Of a stretch of DNA of 64,000 nt, positions 1-12,423 are shown piece after piece (positions within the stretch are counted from its first letter, which is position 1; each line of letters opens with the position of its first letter). Made by a program: the position numbers and the translations under genes. The stretch covers positions 434,001 to 498,000 of the forward strand of contig NC_058375.1 in NCBI RefSeq assembly GCF_018350175.1, given 5' to 3'. Source of the stretch: Felis catus (lineage: Eukaryota). The notes beneath the pieces were generated by a model. That model was not told the DNA's origin, did no database searches, and saw only the letters and a list, made by a program, of their open reading frames with translations.

Positions 1-3000
1 AGGCCCAAACTCCCGACCCTCTACCAGCAGGGGGTCATCTCCTACAGCCCCCTATAATGCGAGCATTAATCTTGCTTTGTGTTGTGTGCCCCACGCAGTG
101 TGGATCCGTGAGGGTGGGGCTCTGTCTGGCTTTCCCCCTCTACCTCCCCTCCCCCAACCCCAGCCCCAACCCAGAACAGGGCCTGTTCACAGCAGGCCTC
201 CATACAGATGTGAGGACAGTCAGTCAGACCACACGGACACAGGCAGGTAGAGATGGGTGGCAGACAGGCCTGTACACGCACACGGAGGGCAGGCCACAGC
301 CCTCCTGACCCATCTAACTGGCCAAGGAGACAGAAGCAGACCCCCCGACTCACTGCAACAGCCCAACCCAAGGACTGAAACACAGCCAGGCACAAGGCTT
401 TGGGGCCCACCGTGGAGTCTCAGCCCCAGAGGCCAGCAAGCCCCAGCAGCCACGATGCCCCGCCATCAGCCCCCGGCCTATGTTTCAATGCCACACTTGC
501 TCAGGGGGGGTTAGGGGTGGGGAAGGTACCCAGGCAGGACGCAGAGGACACTGGGAGGGAAGCATACAATGCTGTGGTCAGACACAGGTTTGCGAGGGGG
601 GCGGGGAGTCAGGTCTCAGATTCAGAGGGCCAAGGAGAACAACAGCCCGCAAAGATCACAGGGGCAGCTGGGGAGGGGCGGTGGGGCAGAGCAGGCAGTG
701 GTTACGGCCCAGATGCACCCCCAGGGATGAGGGCAGGCAGGGTCAGGCCTACAGCAGGAGGCACCCCTGCGCCCTAACCCCCTGGAGCCCAACCCTGCCC
801 AACACAGAGAGATTTCCACACCCGGGACTTGGGCCCAGTGGAGAAACAGGAGCCAGAACAGGCAGGAAGCAGCCTTGTGACCTGCTGAGCCCGGACACCT
901 GGACTCTGCTAGTCCTGGGCAGCAACAGGTGGCAGGAGGTCCCCACGGAGCTGGCACCGCACACTCCCCTCAGGGAGCAAGGCCCAAGTCCACCACCCAC
1001 CACCCAGGCCTCAGAAGACAAAAGACACAAGGCCAGCCTGGGCGGGATGGGGCACCCTGCCAGGGTCAGCCACACACGCAACGATTAGGTGGACACCCCA
1101 GTGGGAGAAGGCCCCACGTCTGCCGCCCCAACTTACGATTGCACCACAGCCCTACGGAGTTGGGCTTCCGGGGGAGGCTGTGACCCAGCCCCGGACTCAG
1201 CAGAGGCCACGTAAGAGGGTGTCACCACAGCAAGACCTGAGGTGGCCTAGGGACACCTGGGGCTCTGCCAGCCGCAGCCAGCAGACAAAGCCCTGGAGCA
1301 AGCCCTCCTGGGAGCCCAGCAGGCGGAGAGCACGGTCTCTGAGTGAGGGCAGCGACAGAGACTTGGGAGGGACCTGATTCCTGTCTCACAGCCCAGGTGG
1401 CCCAGCCTTTCCTGCCATTCCCAAGCCCCCGCCCTTTCTGACTCACCCCCCCCCCCGCCCCAGCAGGCAGATGGGTGCCCCAGCCCCCACACCACAGGGC
1501 CTGCCTGGCTCCCCCAGGGGCAGACGCGCCAGAAGCACCCCAGGTCTCTACAGCTCACCTGGCCAGGGCTTAGAGATGACCAATCAGCCAGGGTTGTCCC
1601 CGACCCCTGTACAGACGCTCCACCCCCAGGGCCCAGAGTCCCTGCTTCCCTGGCCCCCCCAGCCTGTCCTCCAACCAGCACGACAGAGCATCCTGCCTTC
1701 CGCCTGAGGCCTGGGGCACTGGGGGATACCACAGTCCCCCACCCAGCTAGGCCAAGACAGCCAGGCTGGGGGAAGGGGCACCAGAGCCCCCAGGACAAGG
1801 GCGTGGGTGCTTTCCCCAGGATACACGATGCTGCCCACCACTGGCCAGCACGATCTCTGGGTGCTCCAGGGCAGAGACAAGGGTAGGAGAGGCCTCAGTG
1901 GAGCTGGGGGAAATGCCTCCAAGCAATTCTGGGGCTCCCTCCTGGGCCGGGCCTCACCAGGTGGAAGAGCAGGCCTCAGGAGGAGTCTCCACCGACCCTC
2001 AGGGGTGGCCATCCAGGGGCACCCCATTGGCATCACGCCCCCAACCTCAGAATTCCTGGCGAGATCCCGGTTAACCTCAAACTTGTGGCTGTCCAGCCCC
2101 GCCTGCCGCCCCCGCAGACTCGCCCTGGCAAGGAATCTTTGCAGAGCAGGGCCCTTGGAACCGGGCACAGACACAGGCCCAAGGGGACCCCCGGGGCCCT
2201 TGGAACCGGGAACCCCCAGGGCTCCCAGAGGCCACAGCATGCCACAGGCCAGCCCTTCCCAGTGGGCTAGCCACAAATGTGTCCCCAGAGGCACAGGGTC
2301 CCCTCAACCAGACCTCCCCACCATGGAGCGGGAGGCTGCAGAGCAAACTAGACACAACCGGGGAGACCTCCAAGAGTCCCCCTCCTGCACCCACGAGTCA
2401 GGGATCCTCAGCTCCCACCTTGCTTTCACCTGCCCCCCACCACCACCTCTTGATCCTAGAGCTCCCCCAAGCTCAGCTCTGCAGACTCCAGGGCCAGGGG
2501 GCCCCGGTCCTCTACACCCTGGACTCTCCCGACACCACTAAGGCACTGACCCCAGATGGACCAGCTGTGGAGGGCAGAGTGGGCATTCACCCAGGCAATC
2601 TGGGTCAGGCCCAGCCCCCACCCCCTGCCCCACAGCCCTCACATGGCCCACAGGCAGGTGGCTCCAGCGACCGGAGCTCCTGGCCCAGAGATGGAGAGGC
2701 CAGGGCCACCGCCAGGCAGACGAACGAAGTGCCAAGCCCAGCCAGGCCTGGAATCAGCAAGGCAGCCCTGGTGGCAAGGGCACTTCAACGTATGCCTCAC
2801 CATCTAAAAGCTAGGCCCAGACCCCTCCCTGCACCATGGCTCACCAAAGCCAAAGCTTGGCACCTCTGGGCCAGCCCACCAGAGGCCCAGAGACCTTCCC
2901 CAGCTCCGCTGGGTCAGAATGGCTGTGACCCGCATGGGAAAAGTGGGACGTGGGCTCAGGACTCCCCACCCACCTGGCCAAAAATGGGAGTGGGACCCGG

Positions 3001-4339
3001 CCCAGGGCAGGTGGCCATGGCCACAGCTCAGACTCCCCTTTCCCTTACTAGGTGTCCAGCTGTGGCCAGGAACATGAGGCTCTGGGAACTCAGGCCCTGG
3101 CCCACAGTGGGAAGGAAGGTTGGGGCAGGAGGCTCACCAGGGTGTTCCTCACAGCCCCTGATTCCAGGCTACCCCTCGCATGGTAGGGCCGCTGCCCCAG
3201 CCCAGCCAGGACTGCTGAGAACACGCCCTCACTCTCTGCCTCTCGCCAGTGGTGGTGGTGCCCAAGAGAGTCTAGTTGTCCAAATGTACCTCAGGCCCCC
3301 TGAGAACTGCAGAATGGCCCCAGCGTGACCTGCCCTGGGGCTGTCCAGTATCCATGCAAACCAGAGAATCCAGGAAATGGCCTCAATGTCAAAGTCCCGA
3401 GACACAGTCGCACACAAGGACACAGGCTGCCTGAGGGCGGCCAGGCCCACCTGCTTAGCCCATGAGGCCTCTGAGTACCCCACCCCCCAGCACTGCTGAG
3501 CTGGGGACTCAGGTTACCCATGGCTGTGCTAGGTCAGGCCTCGGATAGAGCTTCAAGTGGACAGCCAGCCTCCTGCTCACAGTTCCAGAAGCCCAGCCCA
3601 GTGCAAGCGGGAAGTCCCCTCAGCCAAGACAACCACCACTAAGGCTGGACATGGGGACACTGACCCAGAGGCTGCCTGGAGTCAGCAGAAGGCCTAGGCT
3701 GCTCCCAGGAACCCAAGTACTATGTGGCTCAACAGGGATAGAGACCCAACAAACGGCAACACTCAGGCAGGGGCAGGTGGAGTGACAATCCAGGGTCCCC
3801 AGTGACCCTTGATCTCTGCTCTATCCTCAGGACCCTGGAGAAGGGGTCCAGAGAGAGGTTGCCTTGAGCCTCTGGAAACCTCTGCAGACCCCAACAGACA
3901 TATCTGTGTCTGTGCCAGAGTACCTCATTTCCCCCATGCTAACTACAGAGGACCTACTGGGCAGCTGGGATACTGCCCCTCTCCTTCTCCCCCCCCCCAC
4001 CACTCCTGTGACCCCGGGGCCCCATGAATCACAAGCCCTCCAGGCCAGCTCTAAGCACCTGCCTTCCACGGAAGGGGGGCAGTGGGATCCTGAGTCTGAC
4101 AAGTGCCAAGGTAGGACGTCAGCTCACTCTGGGCCACGGACCTTGACCACCTGAAAGTCAAACACACTCAGGCACACAGGCCCAGGTCCAGAGTGGGGGC
4201 AGAAACGAGGACCCTCTCCCGCACACTGGCCAGCACTCTCAGGCTCCTGGACAGGCAGTCAGGGACAATCATTCGTTCCCAGCTCAGGCCACAGACAGAT
4301 GGGACTCACGGCAACCCCAGGGAGCGGAGGCACTGCCCC

Positions 4340-5700
4340 AGTCACAGCCCCAAGATTCCCCAAGGCCCTGCCCCGGTGCGGACAGGTGCGGACACCCGTC
4401 CTGGCGCACAGGCCCCACGGCCCACTGACCCGAAGTCCTGGTCCATGGACTTGAAGAAGAATTTGTAAGCGTGCACGGGCCGGTTGCTGAGCACATTCTT
4501 GAAGTCGGCCAGAGTGACGCGCTCAGGCGCCACGGGCAGCTTGACCAGGTACGGCGTCTCCTCCTCATCCATGTGATAGATGATCTTGGTCTCCGCCATG
4601 GCGCGGCGGCGGCGGCGCGGGGCCCGCGCGGCGCTCCCGGCCCGGCCCGGGGCTCGGACGCCGCCGCCTCGCCGCTGCCGGCCTGCGCCCCGCCTGCCCG
4701 CCCGCCCGCTCCGGGCCCGGCCGCTACCAGGCCCCCGGCGCCCCGCCCGGCCGCCCCAGCCCCACCCGCCCCACCGGCCCCGGCTCTCCTCGCGCCCCGG
4801 CTGCTGCCCCGCGGCCCGCGGCCGCCCATCCGCCCCGGCCCGGGGACGCAGGCAGGGAGGGCGTGCGAGGCCCGGCCGCGTCCGTGCGCCCCGCCGCCGC
4901 CGCCGCCGCCCCCTCGGGCCGCGCAGTTAAAGGGACCGCCGGCCCCGGGCTGAGCGCGCCCGCCGGGGGGCGCCCGAGAGCGGGCGGGGCCTGACGTCAC
5001 CCGGCCGCCCGCGGCGCGGGGCGGGGCAGGGCTGCGCACGCGCGGAAGGGCGGGAGGGCGGAGCGCACGCGCGAGGGCAGTGGCGGGGCGGAGGTGGTGG
5101 CGCCGGCGCGCCGCCCTCGCGGCTGTCGTGGGCCACGGGTCCCTGGCCCGGCACGAGGGGACGTTTCCACAATGTGCTCGGGTCTCACCCCACGCTGGGC
5201 CTAGGGTCTCGGTCCGTGGGCGGACAGGGGGGCGTCCCCCAGAGGGAGGCGGCTGGGGACCCTCGACGTGCAACCCAGCTGTCAGAAAGGAGACCCCGCC
5301 CCAGGCAACGCCAAGCCCCTGGCCAGGGCTCCCTGGGTCCACTGCGGAACACAGAAGTGTGGCTGGGCCGGGGTTCGGGTCCTCCGCCCCCTCGCGAGGT
5401 CTCCCAGGGTCCTCAGGTGCTCAAAATCATATCGGCGGGCACCACGGGAAGCTGGGGATACTTCGGGCCGGGCCGTGAGCCGAAGACAGCCCGGTCTCTG
5501 CGCCCCCGCGCCCACTCCGGGCTCTCGCGCCCTCTGCCGGGTCCCACGGAGGCCCTGAGAAACACGGGCCAAGTGCATGCAGGTGCTGGCGTGAAGGCGG
5601 GAGTGCTCGCGTGAACACGTGTATGTGCTGCTGACGGCAACAGCGGAGGTCAGCGTGGGCAGCGGTGCACTCGCGCGTGTGCATAGAGGTACCCAGGCAA
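4340..5700 (-). promoter_or_regulatory. DVL1 CpG-island promoter and 5' UTR
   Basis: Very CpG-dense stretch around the ATG, several GGGGCGG GC boxes, and a perfect CRE palindrome TGACGTCA at 4992-4999. Confidence 0.85.
4430..4599 (-). CDS. DVL1: Dishevelled-1, first coding exon (N-terminal DIX domain); intron 1 runs off the left end of the window
   Basis: Translates [57 protein letters not shown]. Kozak GCCATGG at 4599; donor TTCGG|GTCAGT after 4430; 170 nt, phase 2. Confidence 0.97.
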
Positions 5701-6789
5701 GGTGCTTCTGGTAGCAGGTGAAGAGATCCCCCGACCCCCACCCCTGCATCTGCGGATCCAACCAGCCTGGGGTCCTCTGTGAACCACGGGAGACCCAGAG
5801 CAGTGCCTCTCGGGTTGTGGAGGGTACAACCACACGCTGCTCCAACTGGAGGTAAAGGATCTCCCGCCCGCCCCCCCCCCCCCCCCCCCCCCCCCGCCCC
5901 GCGTCCGTCCCAGGAGGACAACTTGAGGCCACTAGAGGGAGTCCCACATTGGCCAGAGTGAGGAACAGGATAGTCCCCAGGACAGGACCCAAGAGTGATG
6001 TTGAGGGGGATGCCCCTCCTGGTGTGTCCCCAGCACTTCCCCCGAAGCTGGCTGGAGCTTGGGTTCTGCCATCTGCCTAGTCATGGCTGTCCTTGGAGGG
6101 TAGATCAGCACAGGAGAAAGCCCATCAGTCCACCACTGACTGGCGGGGCCAGACTGAAGAAGGTAAGTCCCTGAGCCCAGGCTGGGGACCACCCCTGGGT
6201 CAGCCTGGGCCAAGGGTGCTGACCTCCATTCTCCTGCGCTCTGACAGGGAGAGCAGGCAGGGATCTCTGAGGTTGACCTCCACTTAACAAAGCCTGTGCT
6301 TTCTCCCCTCGGGGCTCCGTTTCCCCAGAGGTAATCTGAGGATACTGGGCAGTATGGCCTTGGATGAAGGGTCTGCCATGGCCCTCTGCTGGGTGTCTAG
6401 GGAAGGAGGAAGATAGTCCCCACCCGAGAGCTCACTAGTGGCCCAGCATCTCGCGGGCCAGATATAAATGACTGCCGGTCACGTACATGCAGGGGGTCTG
6501 ATGCCCCATCCGCGCTTTGGCCCCCCCAAGCCTTTCTTTCTCACCAGACTGCCCAAGTCATAGGACACTGGTAGCTGGAGGCTAGAGACAATACCAGAGT
6601 GGATTCTGATGTGGTTAGGCTGGCACACAGCAAGGAGGGGTGAGTCTGTGGTCAGAGCAGTGCAGCTACTGTGGGGCTAGGGGTCACTAGGCTGAGAGGG
6701 AGGCCCATTATCAAGCAAGCCACAGCCCCTTGGCCCAGCCTCGCTCCCTGCCTTTGCCACTGTGGGACCCTTGCAGGTGTGTGGTGAGA

Positions 6790-6974
6790 AAACAGCCATT
6801 CTAAGGTGCTGTCCAGGCATTTACAGCAAGACAAGCCTGCTCACACTGAGTCCCGACACTGAGCTAAGAACCCGAGCTTAGGGTGTCCACCACAAACGCC
6901 TGCCTCGTGTTTCCCTAGGTACCTTTTTTTTTTTTTTAATTTTTTTTTTTTACATTTTATTTATTTTTGAGAGA

Positions 6975-7009
<35 letters not shown>

Positions 7010-7520
7010 CACAAGAGGGGGAGGGGCCGAGAGAGAGGGAGGCACAGAATCCGAAGCAGGCTCCAGGCTCCGAGCTGCCAGCACAGAGCCCGATGCGGGG
7101 CTTGAACCCACGAACAGTGAGATCATGACCTGAGCCGAAGTCAGTTGCTTAACTGACTGAGCCACCCAGGCGCCCCCCCTAGGTACCTTTTAAACTGGCC
7201 ATTCAGAATTGAGCCTACAAAAAATTAGCGACCCCTGCCCCAGCCACGTTGTAAGTAACGGGCATATAGCACCCTGCAGTCTCTCTTCTGCTCTCTCCTG
7301 ATCTGGGATAGAGAACTGCCCTCCCCCTGCTCACTGCACCCCTGTTCTAGGATCTGTAAGTAACAAATCTCTTGACTTCCTTTGTGTGAGTGTACTGAAA
7401 CTGTGCCTTCCCCAAAGCAGCCCTGGGGTTTTCACGTCCCCAGAGTGGGAGCTCAGATGCCAAGTTACCTGCGGACTCCGTGTGGGTGGCTTGTGCACCC
7501 TAACGTAGACAGTCATAAAC
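6790..7520 (+). mobile_element. Old ERV-LTR-like remnant interrupted by a CAN-SINE
   Basis: LTR-like segments (TCTGTAAGTAACAAATCTCTTGACTTCC, GTGTACTGAAACTGTGCC). Family not determined; boundaries approximate. Confidence 0.35.
6924..7176 (-). mobile_element. Felid CAN-SINE with target-site duplication
   Basis: Full tRNA-derived head, (GA)n tract and poly-T. TSD CCCTAGGTACC(TTTT) at 6913 and 7177. Confidence 0.95.
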
Positions 7521-7526
7521 TGCACA

Positions 7527-7698
7527 TTTTTATTTAAGAGAGAGCGCGTGCGCAAGTGAGTGAGAGAGAGAGAATCCCACGAGGGGCAGAGAGAAGCGGG
7601 GCTCGTGCTCACCCAAGGTGGGGCCCAAACTCACAAACCATGAGATCATGACCTGAGCCAAAGTCAGATGCTTAACCTACTGAGCCACCCAGGCGCCC
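7527..7698 (-). mobile_element. CAN-SINE (shorter variant)
   Basis: GAGCCACCCAGGCGCCC end and AGATCATGACCTGAGCC core. Confidence 0.9.
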
Positions 7699-8211
7699 TC
7701 AGCTGCATGTTACTGACACACGACCTCCGGTTTCCAGCCCTTGCTGCCCTGGGAGGGTTTTAGAGGAGGGGGGCACGTTTGGAGAAACACAGTCCTCTTC
7801 CTCCTGCAGCCCCCTCCCCTCCCCCTCACAAGTGTCCTACCTTTGGTGCCCACTCCTGCTTCCCCCCTCTTTACCCTCACACATCGAATCCCATTTTGGC
7901 GTCTGCTTTCTCAGAGGGCTGTCCCCTGAGCGCATCCTGGCTCTCCTCCTCCGTGTCCAAATAAACCCTCAGAAAAGAACTGAAATTCCTTCACGACCGA
8001 CCAGGAATAGTGCCATAGGATTGACCTTGATGTGGCTCTTCCCGGGGTACCTGGACTCAGACCTTCCACTCAAAGAAATGGGCAGTGACAGCAGGGCTTC
8101 AGATGAAGGAAAGCATTTTGAGGTTCCCAAAGCCCAGACTCTGCCCCCGGGACATAAAGCAGGAGCCACAGAGGCATGCATACCCGGGCTGAGTCTAAAA
8201 ATCATGTGGTC

Positions 8212-8217
8212 TTTATT
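8212..8217 (-). terminator. MXRA8 polyadenylation signal (AATAAA)
   Basis: First minus-strand AATAAA downstream of the MXRA8 stop, about 760 nt away. Confidence 0.7.
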
Positions 8218-8972
8218 GTGATGATGGCAGTTTCCTAGGAGGAGCAAACGTGGGGTGTTGGGAGTGGCAACACAAGCCACTCTAGAACCATCTTTACTCT
8301 TCCCCTGTCCTCAGCCAAAACAGGCCGAAGGAGGTCCCAGCCCCAGACTTCAGCCCAGGGAGGGGCTATGGGAGTGGGGTCAGGGTCAAAAGTCACACGG
8401 AGCCCAGTGACTGTCAAGGCAATTTGGGCGGAAGGCAGAGAAGGGGCCCCTGCGCAGCCCCAAGTACCCCAACACAGAGCAGAGGGGAATTAGCCTGGGG
8501 CCTGGAGTGTGCAATCCTCAGATCCCAGCCTTAGGGTCCCCCTAGAAAGGGGTGAAGGAGGGGTGGGGGTGCTAGTCCTGAGGCTGATCTGAGCACCGAG
8601 CCCCAGCCCACAGCGCCAGAGGCCAGGAGAGCCCAAAGGGTTGGTGAACATCAGTGGGGTCTGGGCTGTGCCTGGAGGCGGGGGGGGGGGGGGGGGGGGG
8701 CAGGACCACCAGTGGGTGTGGGAGCCAATAGGCACCTGAGGGCTGCTGCATGGAGCAGAGTCCCAGAGAGCCCCCTGCTGCTTGTGGGGATTAGGACAGC
8801 TCCTGGGAGAGGAGTCCGGAGGCAGCCTTGCTCTGTGCCAGTCGAGGCCAAGTTCCAGAACAGCGGGACCAGCCGCTGAAGGGTGTAGGGTGAGCTGCAT
8901 GAGGGTCAGGAGGTCATCCTCCAAGACAGGAGTCGGCAGGGCTGCTGGCCCAGCCAGGAGCCCAGGGTCACC

Positions 8973-11900
8973 TTATTTGCAGTACTCCTTCCTGAACTCT
9001 GGAAGCCAAGGGGGACAGGTGGGGTAAACACAAGGCAGACATCCAGCAGGACCGCCCAGGGACTCCTGCCCCCCCCCCCGGGGGGGGGTGTTGGCTAGTG
9101 AGCGTGGGTGAGGTGAGGTACCAGCCCCGCCCTCCTAGCCACTCACCTTTGTCCAAGTCAATGTACTTGGCGGGCAGTGGGCTGTGGGCCAGCTCAGCCC
9201 TCTCCTTCAGGATGTTGTTTTTGTAATCTGGTGTAGGCAAAGAGCAGGCTGAGCCTCCTCGCCCCGCCCCCCGCGGGGCTGTGCTTCCCCTAGCCCAGGC
9301 CTGGAGCCACAGTCGGTCTTGGTTCTGGGCCCCCCCCTCACCTAGTTGGATATCCTCACTCCTGTAAAGAGCCTGGTCTCCTGTGGCCACAGCAAACTCT
9401 GCCATGTTCACATCCTTCCTGGAGGTGCGAGGGTGGTGGGTGGTTAGAGCAGGCGGTGGGGTGGAGGGGGGGGGTTCTGGTCCCCAGGAGAGCCTGGAGG
9501 CGACACTCACCCCTTTGGCTTCCCTGACTTCTTGTCCGAGTATTCGTAGCCTAGGGAGGGAGACTCGAGTTGGGTGCCGTCTCGCCCCCTCCCCAGCTCC
9601 CTAGGCCCTGAGGGGCGTTCCCATCCCCGCCGCACCCCACATCCCGCTTCTGGTCGGGAAAGGCTTGCTGGCTCTGGCCTCACCCCTGCGCGGGAGAGCC
9701 CCAGCTCACCTCCGCGGCGGCGCTGGCGGGTGGCCAGGATGACGGCGATGAACAGCAGAATGAAGAGGAGCAGCGTGGCCAGCACGTAGCCCAGCTGCTG
9801 GAAGAAGTGGGCCCGGCCCTCGGGGACGATGACGTTGATGACGCTGCGGCCGCGCACCAGCGTGGGATCTGCACGGGGTCGTACGGGGAAGGCGTCAGGG
9901 AGCGCGCGGCATGACCCGCCGAGCGTGCACCGGGTCCGGGTCCCGGGAAGGGACAGCCGGCCGCGGCCCGCGGTGGGGCGGGGGGGAGGGGGGGCTCCCC
10001 TCGCCAGACACCCAGGGCCCGGGGTTGGGGCGGGGAGGGGCCACGCGGCACCTGGGCCAGGGGCACCGCTGTGGCTGGAACCGTTGCCCGGCGAGTCCCG
10101 CGGGGGCGGCTCAGCGACCGGCTCGGTGACCGTCAGGTGGAAGATGCGGCGCTCGTGCAGGCCGCAGTAGTGGTGGTGCAGGTGGCAGGAGTAGGTGCCC
10201 TCGTCGGCGGGCTCCAGCGGCTCGATGCGCAGCGAGAAGTCGCCCCGCGCGAAGGCGTCCGCCCCCACCGCCACGCGGTCGCGCAGGAAGGGCGGCGCGT
10301 AGGCGCGGCGCTCACCCGAGGCGTACAGGTCCAGCAGGCGGTCGGCGCGGTCGTGCGGCACCCCGGGCGGCTGCCGGTCCCAGTGCACCACCTGCTGCGC
10401 CTCCTCCAGGTGCCGGTCGGTCCACACGTGCGCCCGGTTCACGCAGGTCAGCAGCGCGGGCGCGCCGCGCTCCACCACCAGCACCTCCTTCTCGCCGTCC
10501 CAGTGCGCGCCGGCCGCCCGGGCTGGGGATGCAGGTGCGGGTCAGCGCGCGCGGGCGGGGAGGGGGCCGGCGGGGGGCGCGGGCGGGGGCGGGCGCACTC
10601 ACGGTTGTCCGTGACCTGGAGGCGTATGGCCAGGGTCTCGTACAGGTGGCAGTAATGGTGGTGCAGGTTGCAGGTGTACAGCCCCTCGTCGGCCTCCTCC
10701 ACCGCTGCGGACCCGAGAGAAAATCCAGCGGTGGGGTGCGCGGCCGGCCCGCGCCCCCGCGGCCCCTGCGGCCCCCGCCGCGCGCCCCAGGCTCCTTACC
10801 GCGGATGAGCAGCGAGAAATTGCCGTCGTGGAAGGCGGAGAGCGGCAGCAGGAGGCGGCCGCGGTCGCGCGGCTCGTACACGCGCTGCTCGCCCGCGGAG
10901 TACATGTCTACGAGCCGGCGGGCGGGGCCGCCGCCCGGGCCGCCGCTCAGGTCCCAGTGGACCACGCGCTGGCGGTCGTGCAGCCGGTCCTGGGTCCACA
11001 CCATTCTCGGGCTCTGGCAGCGCAGCACCGCCAGGGCGCCGGCCGCCCAGCTCACGGTGGACTCGGACACCACGGAGCTGGCGGCTGGCGCGGGCCCTGA
11101 GGGCACTGGTGGGGAGGAGGAGTCAGGGGGAGGGAAGGACCCGAGGGGATGGTATAGGGTGGGTCTGGCACGAGGGAGGGGGCGGTCACTAACCTGAGGA
11201 CAGAAGCACAGCAGAGCCTAGAAGAAGAGGAGAGTCACACTGGGGGAGGGGGAGCGCAACCTGAACCTTTACACCCCCCCGTCATCCACCCGGCCCAGGG
11301 CCATCACACTTGGATCCCTGCGTCCCTCTATAGTCCCTGCCAGGTGGGTGTTAATGAACACCTGCCTCACAGGTGGGGATAAAGTCAGGAGAGCCAGGCC
11401 AAGTGGGCGGAGGGGGGTCTCCTTTAGCCCCGCATGACAGAGGCACCCCTCCCACGGCCCCCCCACCTAGTCCTCGCCGCCACCTCCCTGGGCTGCGGCA
11501 CAGCACTTGCCCTTCTGGGGCTGGACGGTGGGGCCGGCTCTGGAGTGTGTGTGCGTGTGACCAACAGCCCCCCACAGGAATGGTGGCCACTGTCACCATC
11601 ACTGCAGCAAGGCCCCCAGAGCACCAAAGCCTGATACCCAAGCTGGTTTGGGGGTGGGGGGGAGAGGGGGCTCCTGCACGTTCATATCCCACGTGGTAGG
11701 TGCACCTGCCGAGGGCCATGCCACGCGAGCCCTCGAGGGTTCTCAGACAGCTGGGAGCCCTGCCCCGCACCCAGTTCTCAGGGTCGGAGCCCCCTCAGCC
11801 TTTCCGAAGGGCAGAGGTCCAAAGCACGAGCGGCTGGACCGTCCGCACCCCACCAGCAAGTTCCTGCTCCAGAGATGGGCTGAGCGCCCGGGACCAGGAG

Positions 11901-12423
11901 GAATGTGCCGGGTCAGCAGGCCAGCCCAGGAGGCGGGCTCAGGGGGCCTGGGAGCCAGGGGGGGGTCTGGAACAGACCCTGTGAGCCGCACCACTCCCAG
12001 GCCCCCTAAATCCCCAACCTACTCCTTTTCTGGCCACTGGGAGAAGTGCAGACCTGAGGAGCTTCCTGGAAGAGTGGGGTGCAGGAGGGACCCCAGCGAG
12101 AGGCGCCCACCACCTCAGCCTCTGGCTCCCCAATCCGTGTGAGGGAAAGTTCTGGTGGAGATCCAACATAAATCCTCACACCCTCCTGGGTCCTGGGGGG
12201 CCCTTATCCTGGCGAGCTACTCCCTCGAGGCCCCCCAGACCAGCCCCTTCCCGGCAGGGTGGGAGTGTCCCACCCCTCTGCGCTCAAGCTCAGACCGGAG
12301 GCTTTGCCCAGAATGGAAACTCCCGAAGACCCGCCTGTGCTCCCACTCCGGACCCTCACCCACCCCGCACTCACTCTGCAGAAGCAACAGTTCCCAGAGC
12401 AGGACTTGAGACCGCAGCTCCAT
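8973..12423 (-). CDS. MXRA8: Matrix remodeling-associated protein 8 (limitrin/DICAM), 444 aa: signal peptide, two Ig-V domains, one TM helix, cytoplasmic tail
   Basis: Exons 12423-12375, 11217-11194, 11105-10800, 10704-10603, 10522-10052, 9868-9710, 9550-9511, 9418-9342, 9227-9147, 8998-8973. All introns GT-AG; total 1335 nt in frame. Peptides include [66 protein letters not shown] and [35 protein letters not shown]. Confidence 0.97.
9560..11100. other. Intragenic CpG island over MXRA8 exons 3-6
   Basis: Very high CpG density across exons and short introns, separate from the CpG-poorer promoter near 12.45 kb. Confidence 0.75.

Noticed and set aside
2279-3328. 349-aa plus-strand ORF in DVL1 intron 1
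   Set aside because: Pro/Ala/Gly-rich with no domain motif and a non-ATG start; long stop-free frames are expected at this GC content.
4284-5342. 352-aa Gly/Ala/Arg ORF over the DVL1 promoter
   Set aside because: CpG-island artefact, out of frame with DVL1.
6924-7176. tRNA genes suggested by A/B-box-like SINE heads (here and at other SINEs)
   Set aside because: They are tRNA-derived CAN-SINEs with (CT)n tracts, A-tails and TSDs, not cloverleaf tRNA genes.
9069-9088. C11G9 palindrome and other long C/G homopolymers (e.g. 5871-5895, 8680-8700)
   Set aside because: Simple slippage tracts of unreliable length in a draft assembly, with no evidence of function.
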